From contig CAVSIS010000053.1 in the NCBI GenBank assembly GCA_963727925.1, forward strand, positions 32,319 through 96,318: a stretch of DNA of 64,000 nt, in the 5' to 3' direction. Every line of letters begins with the position of its first letter. Position 1 is the stretch's first letter. The notes under the pieces were generated by a model that was not told the origin of the DNA, ran no database searches, and was given only the letters and a program-made list of their open reading frames with translations. Of this stretch, positions 8,985-19,216 are shown one piece after another. This DNA is from an uncultured Acidobacteriota bacterium (lineage in GTDB: Bacteria > Acidobacteriota > Thermoanaerobaculia > Thermoanaerobaculales > Sulfomarinibacteraceae). The position numbers and the translations under genes were made by a program.

Positions 8985-9512
8985 ATGCGACGCACGATCG
9001 TTCGGTTGGGACTCCTGGGAGCGGCGATGCTCCTCGCCGCGGGCTGCTCGACAGTCGCGATCAAGGCCGACTGGGACCACGACGTTGACTTCAGCCGGTA
9101 CCACAGCTTCTCGTGGCTCGACGCCCGGGAGCTGCGCACGGCGCCGCGCAGCGTCAGCCCGTTGGTCGAGCAGCGCCTCCAACGCGAGATCACGCGCGGC
9201 CTCGAGTCGCGCGGTCTCCGGGCCGCGCCGCGCAAGGACGCCGACCTTCTCGTGGCGGTGCACACCGCCGCTCGCGAGCGGGTGAGCGTGACCTACACCG
9301 GGTGGGGCTACTGGCGGCCGTGGGGCTACGGCGGCGCGCACGTCAACACCTGGCGCGAGGGCACCTTGGTGGTCGATCTCATGGACCGCGACAAGAAGCA
9401 GCTCGTGTGGCGAGGCATCGCTGAGGGTGCGATCCGGGATATGGCGCCCGGTGACGAGGAGATCCGCGCCGTGGTCGAAAAGCTGCTGGTGGCGTATCCA
9501 CCGCCGCGGTAG
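8985..9512 (+). CDS. DUF4136-like lipoprotein
   Basis: Lipobox LAAGC, DFSRYHSFSW, EGTLVVDLMD...LVWRG. Confidence 0.85.
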   Translation: MRRTIVRLGLLGAAMLLAAGCSTVAIKADWDHDVDFSRYHSFSWLDARELRTAPRSVSPLVEQRLQREITRGLESRGLRAAPRKDADLLVAVHTAARERVSVTYTGWGYWRPWGYGGAHVNTWREGTLVVDLMDRDKKQLVWRGIAEGAIRDMAPGDEEIRAVVEKLLVAYPPPR

Positions 9513-9524
9513 CTCACGCGCAGG

Positions 9525-12290
9525 TCAGACGACCCGCGCCACTACGACCGTGACGTCGTCCTGAGCGTCTCCGGCCGCAAAGGTCCGAGCGCGCTCTGCG
9601 AGACGGCGGGCGAGCTCCGACGCGGGCTCGCCGTTGCGCGTTCTGAGTGTCGCAACGACCCGGTCCTCGCCGAACAGGTCGCCGGACGGGCTGGTCGCCT
9701 CGGTGACCCCGTCGGTGAACAGCGCCACGACATCTCCGGGCGCGACCGCAGTCACCGACCCCTGGTAGGGCAGGTCGGCGAGGAGCCGGGCGATGACCGG
9801 GCCGCCGTTCACGAGCCATTCGGCCGAACCGTCGCGGCGTAGGAGTAGCGGCGGCGTGTGGCCGGCGTTGCAGTAGGCGAGGGTGCCGGCGGAACGGTCA
9901 AGGATGCCGTAGAAGAGGGTCGTGAACCTTCCCCCGGTGAGATTCTGGCGAACGACGGCCCGCACCCGTTCGCACAGCACCTCGGGCGCCGTGTCCGCCG
10001 TCGCGACCGCCTTGACCGCGGCCTGGAGGCTCGACATCAGCAGCGCGGCCGACATTCCCTTGCCGGCGACGTCGCCGATCACCAGGCCGAGCCGATGCCG
10101 GTCGAGACGCACCACGTCGTAGGTATCGCCGGAGACCTCGCGTGCCGGCTCCCAGTGGGCCGCAACCTCGACGCCGTCGATCTGCTCGAGCCGCTGCGGC
10201 AGCAGTGATCGCTGAAGCTCGCGCGCCTCGTCGAACTCGAGCTCCATGCGACGCGGCTGCAGTGTCGCCAGCGCCAGGGCCAGCTCGGCCGCGGCGTCGG
10301 CGAGGAATCGCTCGTCCTCGTCGTCGTAAGGTTTCCGAGCGAGCTCGCCGCCGACCAGGATGATCCCGAGCACCTCGCCCCGGTGGCGGGCGAGGGCGGC
10401 GAGGTGCGCGCCGGTCCGGTTCAGAGCCTCGGCGTCATCCGGGTTTTCGGCGGACGGCTCGACGCGCACCACGTCGGTGGCGCTTCCGGCCAGTCGCCCG
10501 TCGCTGGACAGTGCGACGATCGAACGAACCGAGTCGGACAGGCCAACGGTGGCCGCCGCCCGCAGCCGGCGTCCCGGCGGCTCGCGGACCAGGATGGCGA
10601 CGGTTCTCGAGCCGAGCGCCGCCTGGAGCTCGTCCGCCATCCATGCGAGCAGCGGCGTCAGGGCGTTGGACGACCGTACGTGCGCGGCCAGCTGTTCGCG
10701 GGCCTCCCCGAACGCGCGCTCGCGGCGGAACAGGCGGCGATCAACGAAGGCCTGGATGCGGTTGCGTGCCGGCACCAGGAGCACGGCGACGACGACCGTC
10801 GCGATGACCGTCAGGATCTGGCTGCGCACCCCCGCCACCGCGACCAGGAGCACGCCGAACACGCCCACGATCAAGAAGTAGCCGACCACGATGAACCCGG
10901 TCAGGCCGGCGTAGACCACGGTCTTCCGCACGATGACGTCGATCGCCATCAACCGGTACTTGAGGATGCCGAAGGCGAACGACAGCGGGATCAGGCAGTA
11001 GATCAGCTTGGAAAGGGAGGATGCGCCGATGCTGATGACCGTACTTGCGGGCGGCTCGAGCGTCGTCACCGCGCCGACCACCAGGAGCACGACCACGATG
11101 ATCCCGGAGCCCCCGACCGCGACCAGCGTTCCCCACACCGGCCAGCGCAGCTGGTGGCGCGCGTCGGCGCCGGCGGTGCGGAAGCCGCGAGAGAGCTCGA
11201 CGCACGTCAGCACCGACCACACCAGCGTGATCAGGAGAACCACCATGATGCCCAAGGCGCCGGTCACAATCCCGACCGCCATTGCGGTACCGGACGGCAT
11301 CAGGGCAATGGCCGGTGAGAAAGCGGCGGCCGCGGCCAAGACCGCTCCCTGAACCGACCACGGGCTCGCGAGCAGTGCCCGCCGCAGGCCCTCCCGGTGT
11401 GCCCGCCGCACCAGCCGCACCACCCACAGCGCGAGCAGCGCGAGTGCGGCGATGACGAAAACCGCTGCCGCGCGTGCGGTGTCGACGACCTCGAAGCCGA
11501 GGGTCAATATCACGATGAGCGCGGCTGGCAGGAAGGGCACGGTGTGGATCCAGTGCAGCACCTCCGGCCAACGGCGCAGAACCGGGCGCTCCTCGGGGAA
11601 GACGAGCACCAGGTGGAAGAGGAGGTTGGCGAGCACGACCGAGAATAGGACGAAGGCGGCGAAGACCGCCACCAGACGGAGGTCGGTGCCGATCGGGACG
11701 AGGCCGCACAGGCCGGAGATCTCGGGTTCGACCAGCGCCCAGCCGAGGAAGAATGCGGCGCCGGTCGCCGACATCAGGAAGAAGACCCACGCGGCGCGCG
11801 ACCTGGGTTGGACCCAGCCGACGAGCAGGCTGATGGCCAGGTAGACAACGCCGGTCACCACGCTCGAGACGACGCCGACCAGGATCTGAGGGGAGCGCAG
11901 GGAGGAGCTCAACACCACCGGCATCGTCATGGCCAGGTGTTCGCGCCGCAGCGTGACCTCGACGGTGTCGCCGGGGTGCAGCTCAGTCCGTTGCGTCCGC
12001 AGGGCGGCGAGATTCGCGATCGGCGTGCTGCCGATCGCCTCCACGACGTCGCCCGCCTTGATGCCGGCTCGCTCGGCCGGCGAACCGGCCGCGATCGCGA
12101 GCACGCGGCCTGACGCCCTGACGAAGGGCAGCGCGATCGGCATGTCGGCGGGGACGGCAGCCTGGAACCCGAACCCCGCCCACCCTCGCTGAAGGTCGGC
12201 GCGGACGGTCGTCACCACCAGCGCCGCGAACAGCAGCAGCACGAGTCCAGTGATGCCGAGAAGCACAAAGCGTCGTGTGGTGTGCGTCAT
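9525..12290 (-). CDS. Membrane PP2C/SpoIIE-type serine phosphatase with N-terminal PDZ and GAF-like domains
   Basis: GSPAERAGIKAGDVV (PDZ), multiple TMs, VSGDTYD, GDVAGKG, CNAGH, FTDGVTEA, QDDVT. Confidence 0.9.
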   Translation of the reverse strand: MTHTTRRFVLLGITGLVLLLFAALVVTTVRADLQRGWAGFGFQAAVPADMPIALPFVRASGRVLAIAAGSPAERAGIKAGDVVEAIGSTPIANLAALRTQRTELHPGDTVEVTLRREHLAMTMPVVLSSSLRSPQILVGVVSSVVTGVVYLAISLLVGWVQPRSRAAWVFFLMSATGAAFFLGWALVEPEISGLCGLVPIGTDLRLVAVFAAFVLFSVVLANLLFHLVLVFPEERPVLRRWPEVLHWIHTVPFLPAALIVILTLGFEVVDTARAAAVFVIAALALLALWVVRLVRRAHREGLRRALLASPWSVQGAVLAAAAAFSPAIALMPSGTAMAVGIVTGALGIMVVLLITLVWSVLTCVELSRGFRTAGADARHQLRWPVWGTLVAVGGSGIIVVVLLVVGAVTTLEPPASTVISIGASSLSKLIYCLIPLSFAFGILKYRLMAIDVIVRKTVVYAGLTGFIVVGYFLIVGVFGVLLVAVAGVRSQILTVIATVVVAVLLVPARNRIQAFVDRRLFRRERAFGEAREQLAAHVRSSNALTPLLAWMADELQAALGSRTVAILVREPPGRRLRAAATVGLSDSVRSIVALSSDGRLAGSATDVVRVEPSAENPDDAEALNRTGAHLAALARHRGEVLGIILVGGELARKPYDDEDERFLADAAAELALALATLQPRRMELEFDEARELQRSLLPQRLEQIDGVEVAAHWEPAREVSGDTYDVVRLDRHRLGLVIGDVAGKGMSAALLMSSLQAAVKAVATADTAPEVLCERVRAVVRQNLTGGRFTTLFYGILDRSAGTLAYCNAGHTPPLLLRRDGSAEWLVNGGPVIARLLADLPYQGSVTAVAPGDVVALFTDGVTEATSPSGDLFGEDRVVATLRTRNGEPASELARRLAERARTFAAGDAQDDVTVVVARVV

Positions 12291-12348
12291 GGTCGTGCCG
12301 CGGCCATCATAGCGGTCCGTCGAGCCGTCGCGCGTTGATGAGCCGCCG

Positions 12349-13233
12349 TCAGGACAGCCGCCCCTCGGCGACGGGGACCACCCGTCCTCCGACCTCTACA
12401 GCGATGCCGTCGCCGTCGGGCCACGCCCGTAGCCGTAGCAGCGAGGGCCGGCCGATCTCGTGCCCCTGGCCGACCGTGACGTCGACGTGTGGGTCACCGA
12501 GCACCCGGTGGCGGGAGAGCCAGCCGGCGAGGCAGCCGTTGGCGCTGCCGGTAGCCGGGTCCTCGAGGACGCCGTGCGAGGCGGCGAAGACCCGCACCGA
12601 GAGCTGGTGGGAGGGATCGCGCCCCTCGCGCGCCACGATCAGGACGTCCTCAGCCATCCCGCCCTCGAGGAGAGCGGAGCACGCGGTAGCGTCGATGCGC
12701 GCCCTGCGCAGGGCGTCGAGGGACGCCAGCGGGGTGATGAGGAAGCCGATACCGGTCGAAACCTCCTCGACCGGCAGATCGGCGTCGACGTCCTCAGCCG
12801 CGAGACCGAGCACCCGGGCGATGGCGTCAGGCGCGAAGCGCGCCCCGAAGAGCGGCGGGACCTGGCGCATCCACAGCACCTCGGCGCCGTCCACGACTGT
12901 GGGCACCACCGAGATCGTGCCGACGGGGAGGTCGAGCTCGATGAGCTCGGCACGACCGCCGAGGAGGACCGAGCGGATCACCCACGCGGTGCCGAGGGTG
13001 GGGTGGCCGGCGAAGGGGAGCTCGTGCTGGGGGGTGAAGATCCTCACCGGCCAGCCGCGGGAACCGGGTTCGGAGGCGAGCACGAAGGCGGTCTCCGAGA
13101 AGTTGAACTCGCGCGCAATGGCCTGCATGGACGGGGTGTCGAGATCGCCCGCACCGAGAACCACCGCAAGCTGGTTGCCGGCCCAGCGGGCCTCGGCGAA
13201 GACGTCGACAATGAGGAATCGGTGACCCGGCAT
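12349..13233 (-). CDS. PhzF family epimerase/isomerase
   Basis: VDVFAE..AGNQLAV, NFSETAF, ELPFAGHPTLG, EDPATGSA. Confidence 0.92.
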   Translation of the reverse strand: MPGHRFLIVDVFAEARWAGNQLAVVLGAGDLDTPSMQAIAREFNFSETAFVLASEPGSRGWPVRIFTPQHELPFAGHPTLGTAWVIRSVLLGGRAELIELDLPVGTISVVPTVVDGAEVLWMRQVPPLFGARFAPDAIARVLGLAAEDVDADLPVEEVSTGIGFLITPLASLDALRRARIDATACSALLEGGMAEDVLIVAREGRDPSHQLSVRVFAASHGVLEDPATGSANGCLAGWLSRHRVLGDPHVDVTVGQGHEIGRPSLLRLRAWPDGDGIAVEVGGRVVPVAEGRLS

Positions 13234-13345
13234 GGCTGACCCTCCCAGGGAGATGGTACGGCAGCGCCACAGACGAGTTTGGTCCGAGAGGACTGCCGAG
13301 CAGCTCGGATAGGATGTGCGGTGAGGCCTGCTCGGAGGTTTCGGG

Positions 13346-13819
13346 ATGCGTGACGAAGATGCCGTGCTGCTTCGCGATCTGCTGACCCGCACCCGTGTGC
13401 TGTCCCTCGCGGTGGTAGCGGACGGCGAACCCGTGATTGGACTTCTGCCGTTCGCCGCCGAGCCCCGGTTCGAGGCCGTGCTGGTGCACACTTCCCGGCT
13501 CGCCGGCCACGCTCGCGGCCTGCTGCCCGGGGCGCCCTTCGCCGCCCTCGTGCACGCTGACCCGGCCGCTGCACCCGGCCCACTCCAAGTGCCGCGGCTC
13601 ACTCTCGAGGGGCGCGTCGAGACCCTCGAGCGTGGCGGGAATGCCTGGACCGCTGCCCGCGACCGCTACCTCGAGGTGCTGCCCTCCGCGGAGGTCACCT
13701 TCGGCCTCGGCGACTTCAAGCTCCACCGGCTGGTGGTCAACCACGGCCGGCTGGTGGTCGGCTTCGCGCGGACGATCAACCTACGTCCGGAGAACCTCCG
13801 CCGAGTTGCTGGGCCGTGA
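13346..13819 (+). CDS. Pyridoxamine 5'-phosphate oxidase/HugZ-like split-barrel protein
   Basis: SRLAGHARGL, RLTLEG, GDFKLHRL...LVVGFA. Confidence 0.75.
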   Translation: MRDEDAVLLRDLLTRTRVLSLAVVADGEPVIGLLPFAAEPRFEAVLVHTSRLAGHARGLLPGAPFAALVHADPAAAPGPLQVPRLTLEGRVETLERGGNAWTAARDRYLEVLPSAEVTFGLGDFKLHRLVVNHGRLVVGFARTINLRPENLRRVAGP

Positions 13820-13821
13820 AT

Positions 13822-13840
13822 CGCAGGGAGAAACCCTGCG
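13822..13840. terminator. Hairpin between convergent genes
   Basis: CGCAGGG-AGAAA-CCCTGCG between stops at 13819 (+) and 13846 (-). Confidence 0.5.
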
Positions 13841-13845
13841 GGCTG

Positions 13846-14599
13846 CTAGTCTTCGAGCGTCGGCAGCGTTTTCAGGACCTCGCTCGCCTTCGCCGGGCTC
13901 GCGACCGCTTTTTCCCTGCGCACGAGGCCGTCCCGAAAGACGACCACTCGTCTCGCGAACTGCGCGATGTCGTGCTCGTGGGTGACGAGCACGATCGTCA
14001 GCCCGCGCTCGTTGAGAGCTCTGGAGGACCTCCATGATCTCGACCGAGGTGCGGCTGTCGAGGTTGCCGGTCGGCTCGTCGGCGAGGAGCACGGAGGGCC
14101 GGTTCACCAGCGCGCGGGCGATGGCGACGCGCTGCTGCTGGCCGCCGGAGAGCTGCGAGGGGAAGTGGCGCGCCCGATCTGCGAGCCCGACCAGCTCGAG
14201 CGCCTCGCGGGCCCGTCGGTGCCGCTCCTGCTTGTCGATCGGTGAGTACAGCGTCGGCAGCTCGGTGTTCTCGAGCGCCGTCGTCCGAGGGAGCAGGTTG
14301 AATCCCTGGAAGACGAACCCGAGCTTGAGGTTGCGGATCGCCGCGAGCGCGCGCTTGTCGAGGCTCGCGACATCGACGCCTTCGAGCAGGTAGCGGCCTG
14401 AGCTCGGCCGGTCGAGACACCCGAGAATGTTCATGAGGGTCGACTTGCCGCTTCCGCTGGAACCCATGATCGCGACGAAGCCGCCGAGCTCGACCTCGAG
14501 GCTCACGCCACGCAGCGCGTGCACCCGCGTTTCGCCGAGCTCGTAGTACTTGTGGATCTCCTCGACGCGGATGACCGGGCCGGCGACCCCCGCGCTCAC
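13846..14599 (-). pseudogene. MacB/LolD-type ABC ATP-binding protein with +1 frameshift near 14020 (likely sequencing error)
   Basis: [23 protein letters not shown]. Removing one base restores [23 protein letters not shown]...LED* ending at 13846. Confidence 0.85.
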
Positions 14600-15957
14600 C
14601 GCCCAAACCCTCGCGTCGAGGGCGCCAGGGTGCTCGACCTGACGAAGCTCGTGACGACAACGTCACCCGGTTCCAGGTGTCCGACGAGGACGCTCGCGAC
14701 CTCGGTGTAGGTGTGGTCGGTGATGCCGAGCGAGATCTCGACCGGTTGGAGCCTGCTGCCGTCTTCGAGCTTCCAGACGACGGCAGTTTCCGTGCGGGTT
14801 GGGCGCGGCCCGCGGGCGCCCGGCCCAGCGTCGCTCGCTCCGGCGGGCGGGAACGCACCTTCGCCGCTCGGTTCGAGCTGGATCTTCGCCTTGGCGTAGA
14901 GCCCCTGGACCTGTTCGGGGGTCAGTGGAGGCTTGAAGCGCAGCGCCGCATTCGGGATCTTCGCAACGTTCTCTGCGGTTGCGACCGGAATCGTCACGTA
15001 CGCCGTCATGCCGGGGAAGAGCTTGAGATCCGGGTTCTCGAACGCGATGATCGCGTCGTAGGTCACCACATTCTGGACGGTCGTGGGGTTCATCCGTACC
15101 TGGCTGACCTCCCCGTGGAACATGTCCTTGGGAAAGGCATCCACCTTGAAGGTCACCGGCTGCCCGGCGCGGATCTTCCCGACGTCGGACTCGTCGACCT
15201 TCGCGTAGACCTGCATCTTGCTGAGGTCCTGCGCGATCGTGAAGATGGTCGGCGCCTGGAGCGACGCAGCGACCGTCTGGCCGACATCGACGTTGCGCGC
15301 GACGACGGTGCCGTCGATCGGCGAACGGATCACGGTGTAGGCGAGGTTCGTGCGGGCCACCGACACCGCGGCCTCTTTCTGCCGCACCTGGGCGCGGGCC
15401 TGGGTGACGTACGCCTGAGAAGCCTCGACGCCGGCCTTCGCCGCCTCGTGATTGGCCTGGGCCAGATCGAGCGCCTGCTGCGAGCCAATCGTCTCCTTGA
15501 CGAGCGCTTGTGCCCGCTCGTACTCGCGCCGTGTCTGCACCTCGGCGGCCTCCGCCTTGGTCAGGTTGGCGCTTGCGACGATCACGCTCGCCTTCGCGTT
15601 TTCGAGGTCGGCGACCGCCTGCTTGAGCGCTCCCTCGAGGAGCTGGGGGTCGATCAGCGCGATGATGTCTCCCGTACTGACGCGGGAGTTGAAGTCGGCA
15701 TTCAGCGCGGCGATCGTCCCGGAGACCTGCGAGCCGACCTGCACGGTGATGACGGCGTTGACCGTCCCGGTCGCGTCGACCGCATCTCGCACCTCGCCCC
15801 GCTCGACCTCGGCGGTGAAGTAGTGAAGCTGCTCGCCGCGCCCTGCGCGCGACGCGACGAAGATAGCGACGACGGCGAGGAACGCGACGATCGACAGCGC
15901 CACCCACCGCGACCTCTTGGGGCGTCTGACGACCGGCGTCTGATCGAGTTCACTCAT
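14596..15957 (-). CDS. MacA-like periplasmic adaptor (membrane fusion protein)
   Basis: VQVGSQVSG, IRSPIDG, VGQTVAASLQAP, VDESDVG. Confidence 0.92.
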   Translation of the reverse strand: MSELDQTPVVRRPKRSRWVALSIVAFLAVVAIFVASRAGRGEQLHYFTAEVERGEVRDAVDATGTVNAVITVQVGSQVSGTIAALNADFNSRVSTGDIIALIDPQLLEGALKQAVADLENAKASVIVASANLTKAEAAEVQTRREYERAQALVKETIGSQQALDLAQANHEAAKAGVEASQAYVTQARAQVRQKEAAVSVARTNLAYTVIRSPIDGTVVARNVDVGQTVAASLQAPTIFTIAQDLSKMQVYAKVDESDVGKIRAGQPVTFKVDAFPKDMFHGEVSQVRMNPTTVQNVVTYDAIIAFENPDLKLFPGMTAYVTIPVATAENVAKIPNAALRFKPPLTPEQVQGLYAKAKIQLEPSGEGAFPPAGASDAGPGARGPRPTRTETAVVWKLEDGSRLQPVEISLGITDHTYTEVASVLVGHLEPGDVVVTSFVRSSTLAPSTRGFGR

Positions 15958-17167
15958 AGCGCAGGGCCTCGATCGGATCGAGCGTGGACGCCCGTCGCGC
16001 CGGGTAATACCCGAAGAAGACGCCCACCGCGAGCGAGAACACGACCGCCAAGGCCACCGCCTCGAACGACATTTCCATTTGCCATCCAAGTGTTCGTCCG
16101 AGGAAGAAGGAGCCCGCGATACCGACCGCCACCCCGGCGGCGCCGCCGACCAGGCTCAAGATCACGGACTCGCCGAGGAACTGGAATCGGATCGCGTTGT
16201 CGGTCGCGCCAACCGCCACTCGGACGCCGATCTCGCGGGTCCGCTCGGTGACCGAGACCAGCATCACGTTCATGATGCCGATCCCTCCCACCACGAGCGA
16301 AATCGAAGCAATCGCGATCAGGAGCATGGCGAGCGTATGGCTCGCCGCGAGCTGGGCCTTGACCACGTCCTCGGGGTTGCGGATGTTGAAGTCGTCATCC
16401 TCTTCCGGCCTCAGGTGGTGGCGGTCGCGCAGGAGCGCGCCAGCCTGTTGGCCGGCAGCCTTCACGACATCCTGCGAGACCGCCGAGCACAGCACATCGT
16501 CGAGCCAGTTGTTGCCCTTGATCTTCTTCATCGCGGTCGTGTACGGAACAATGATGGTGTCATCCTGGTCGCGGCCCTCGAGCGAAACCCCTTTCGACTG
16601 GAGCGTGGCGATCACCTTGAGCGGCAGCGACCCCATCCGGATCACCTTCCCGATCGGGCTCTCGGCGCCGAACAGCTGGTCGCGCACCGTGCTGCCGATC
16701 ACGCACACGTTGGCGCTCGACTCGACGTCGTCCTTGGTGAACACCGCTCCGGAGTCGACCGGCCAGCTCTTGATGTCGAAGTACTCCGGCGAGACCCCGC
16801 GGTAGCGCGTGAACCAGTTCTCGTTGCCGTAGATAACCTGGGCGGAGCCGTCGACATTGGGCGACACGCTCTTGATCAGCGGGATCTGATTCCGTATCGC
16901 GGCGGCATCGGCGAGGGTCAGCGACTTCGTGCCGTGGGAGCCGGTGCGAACGCCGTTGACCGCGCGGCCCCCCGCCTCGATCCAGACGAAGTTGTCGCCG
17001 AGGCTGGCGAGCTGCTGCTCGACGCGGGCCTGACCCGCCTTGCCGATCGCGACGACGCAGATCACCGCCGCGATCCCGATCGTGATGCCGAGCACGGTGA
17101 GCAGGCTCCGAAGCTTGTTCCGGAACAGCGCCCACAGTGAAGAGCCGAGCAAGGCAGCCGAGTCCAT
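15950..17167 (-). CDS. MacB-like ABC transporter permease
   Basis: RNKLRSLLTVLGITIG, VGGIGIMNVMLVSVTERTREIG, DPIEALRYE. Confidence 0.93.
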   Translation of the reverse strand: MDSAALLGSSLWALFRNKLRSLLTVLGITIGIAAVICVVAIGKAGQARVEQQLASLGDNFVWIEAGGRAVNGVRTGSHGTKSLTLADAAAIRNQIPLIKSVSPNVDGSAQVIYGNENWFTRYRGVSPEYFDIKSWPVDSGAVFTKDDVESSANVCVIGSTVRDQLFGAESPIGKVIRMGSLPLKVIATLQSKGVSLEGRDQDDTIIVPYTTAMKKIKGNNWLDDVLCSAVSQDVVKAAGQQAGALLRDRHHLRPEEDDDFNIRNPEDVVKAQLAASHTLAMLLIAIASISLVVGGIGIMNVMLVSVTERTREIGVRVAVGATDNAIRFQFLGESVILSLVGGAAGVAVGIAGSFFLGRTLGWQMEMSFEAVALAVVFSLAVGVFFGYYPARRASTLDPIEALRYE

Positions 17168-17344
17168 GGCGACCTCCCGGGAAGGAGGATACGCTGTCGG
17201 CGAGTGTCCGGTGCGACGTCCAGGTGAGGTGCAGTCGGACAATCCTGCTGCCCATTGGGTGTATCACCTCGTGCCCGGCGGGGTACTGGACGATCGGGAC
17301 CGACCCGTCAATCCACGCAACCTACGGGCCGGGGGGGAGGGTTC

Positions 17345-17917
17345 GTGACCGACGTCCGTGACAAGCGCCATCTCACCACCGGCGACGTCGCCGAGCTGTG
17401 CGGCGTCAGCTTCCGCACCGTCACCCGCTGGATCCAACGCGGCGCGCTCAACGCCTTCAAACTCCCGGGGCGGGGCGATCACCGGATCCCGCGGGCGGAT
17501 CTCATGCAGTTCCTTCACGACCAGCAGATGCCGATTCCCGATGAGCTGCGCCCGGAGGAACGTCGGGTGGTGGTCGCCGACCGGGACAGCCGGCGAGCCG
17601 AAGCGATCCGCCGGGCGCTCGTCAAGCGCGGCCTCGTGCCTCTGGTCGTGGGATCCGCGTTCCACGCCGGAGTCGCCGCCGCAGCGTTCCGGCCGGCGGC
17701 TCTGATCGTCGATCTCGGCCTGCCGGGCCTCGGCGGCGAGACGGCCCTTTCCGTGCTCAGGGGCGAGGCGTCGCTGAGCGCGGTGCCGCTGCTTGCCTTG
17801 CGCGAAGCCGGTGGTCGAGCGGCCTCGAACGGCGGGCGGGCTGTCGCGGACGTCGTGCTCCGCTCGGACGCTGGCGCCGAGGAGGTCGCGGAGGCCGTCG
17901 CCACCGTCGTCCCCTGA
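17345..17917 (+). CDS. Excisionase-type HTH fused to a receiver-like domain
   Basis: LTTGDVAELCGVSFRTVTRWI...PGRGDHRI, followed by a REC-like segment LIVDLGLPG. Confidence 0.8.
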   Translation: MTDVRDKRHLTTGDVAELCGVSFRTVTRWIQRGALNAFKLPGRGDHRIPRADLMQFLHDQQMPIPDELRPEERRVVVADRDSRRAEAIRRALVKRGLVPLVVGSAFHAGVAAAAFRPAALIVDLGLPGLGGETALSVLRGEASLSAVPLLALREAGGRAASNGGRAVADVVLRSDAGAEEVAEAVATVVP

Positions 17918-18036
17918 CAGCGTTTGGCTGCGACACCGCCAGGGACGAGAGCTTGATCCCGTTGCGGCGCCGGCCGTGACGAGCAGGCGAGTTCACATTT
18001 CGAGTGCTCCCCCGTTATCTTGTGTGGGGAGGTTCC

Positions 18037-18867
18037 ATGCAGGCCGAGAGCAGTCAAGGGGGCGGCTGTGGCCGCTGGCTCGCCGGGTGTGGCATCGCCG
18101 CCGCGGCCGGGCTCGCGCTGTTCGTGGCGTTCGTGTACATGACGACGGTGCCGTTCCGGCGGGCAGTTGATGCCGAACGCGAGCTCGCCGAGCGCGCAGC
18201 GTCGGCTCCGTTCAAGGCTGCGGCGGACGGATCGATCGCACCGGAGCGGGTGGAGGCCTTTCTCGCGGTTCGGGCGGCGCTTGCGGAGCCATGTGAAAGT
18301 ATCGCCGAGTTCGACCGGGCGCTCCAGCGGATGGACTCCCTCGACAAGCGCGAAAGCGTCTCCCGGATGGAGGCCCTCAAGTTGGCGCTCTCCACGACAA
18401 AGGGCGCGATGGGAATGGCTCGTAATCTCGGGACCTTTTTTGCGGCGCGCGACAAGGCTCTGCTCGACGTTGGCATGGGCCTTGACGAGTACGACTGGAT
18501 CTACGTGCTCGCATACCACGGGCAGCTCCTCGATCCGCACGAGCGCACCGAGCGGCGGGCGTTCCACGACGCGGCGCTCAACGGGCGCGTCGCCGAGGGT
18601 CTTCACGGCGTGCTCGAACGCCAGCGCACGGCGCTCGCAGCCGTCGGGGGCTCGCCGGAGGAGCTCGCCGCTCTCGACGCCGAGCTCGCGGCGATGGCAG
18701 TGGATCCACGCAGGCTACCGTGGCAGGATGCTCTGCCGTTCGCGATCACCGCGTCCCTTGCACCGTTCAGGCAGCAGCTCGACGCAGCCTTCTGCCCGTC
18801 AGCGGTCGGGATCGAACTCAAGACCAACAAGGCCCATGCCGGCGGTTTCGTCGTCGAGAGCAATTGA
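18037..18867 (+). CDS. Hypothetical membrane-anchored protein
   Basis: ATG after GGAGG, N-terminal GCG...TM segment. Confidence 0.7.
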   Translation: MQAESSQGGGCGRWLAGCGIAAAAGLALFVAFVYMTTVPFRRAVDAERELAERAASAPFKAAADGSIAPERVEAFLAVRAALAEPCESIAEFDRALQRMDSLDKRESVSRMEALKLALSTTKGAMGMARNLGTFFAARDKALLDVGMGLDEYDWIYVLAYHGQLLDPHERTERRAFHDAALNGRVAEGLHGVLERQRTALAAVGGSPEELAALDAELAAMAVDPRRLPWQDALPFAITASLAPFRQQLDAAFCPSAVGIELKTNKAHAGGFVVESN

Positions 18868-18911
18868 CGCTCAGCGCGCAGCAGCATGCTGCGCGCTGAG
18901 CGTCAATTGCT
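18859..18911. repeat. Perfect 25-bp inverted repeat with 3-nt loop
   Basis: AGCAATTGACGCTCAGCGCGCAGCA-GCA-TGCTGCGCGCTGAGCGTCAATTGCT. Confidence 0.9.
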
Positions 18912-19212
18912 AGAAGAAGCCGAGCTCGAGTTGGGCGGCCTCCGACATCATGGACGGATCCCACGGCGGGTCCCAGACCACCTCGACCGTTGACGAGGCC
19001 ACGCCCTCGACTGCGGCGGTCTTCTCCTCGACCTCCGGCGGCAGGGACTCGGCGACCGGGCACATCGGCGAGGTCAGGGTCATCACGATGCGGGCGTTGC
19101 CGTCGCCGTCGACCTCGACCTCGTAGATCAGCCCGACCTCCCAGATGTTGATCGGGATCTCGGGGTCGTAGATCGTCTTGATGACGTCGATGATGCGGTC
19201 TTTGAGCTCCAT
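18910..19212 (-). CDS. sufT: SufT/PaaD-like (DUF59) Fe-S assembly protein
   Basis: YDPEIPINIWEVGLIY, MTLTSPMCP, VWDPPW. Confidence 0.9.
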   Translation of the reverse strand: MELKDRIIDVIKTIYDPEIPINIWEVGLIYEVEVDGDGNARIVMTLTSPMCPVAESLPPEVEEKTAAVEGVASSTVEVVWDPPWDPSMMSEAAQLELGFF

Positions 19213-19216
19213 GAGC

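Noticed and set aside
14010-14025. Programmed ribosomal frameshift in the ABC ATPase, FAD subunit or DUF364
   Set aside because: No slippery sequence or stimulatory element seen. Several unrelated genes are affected, which favours sequencing error.
17345-17520. Excisionase as a sign of a prophage or ICE
   Set aside because: It is an HTH fused to a receiver domain. No integrase, att site or phage genes are present.
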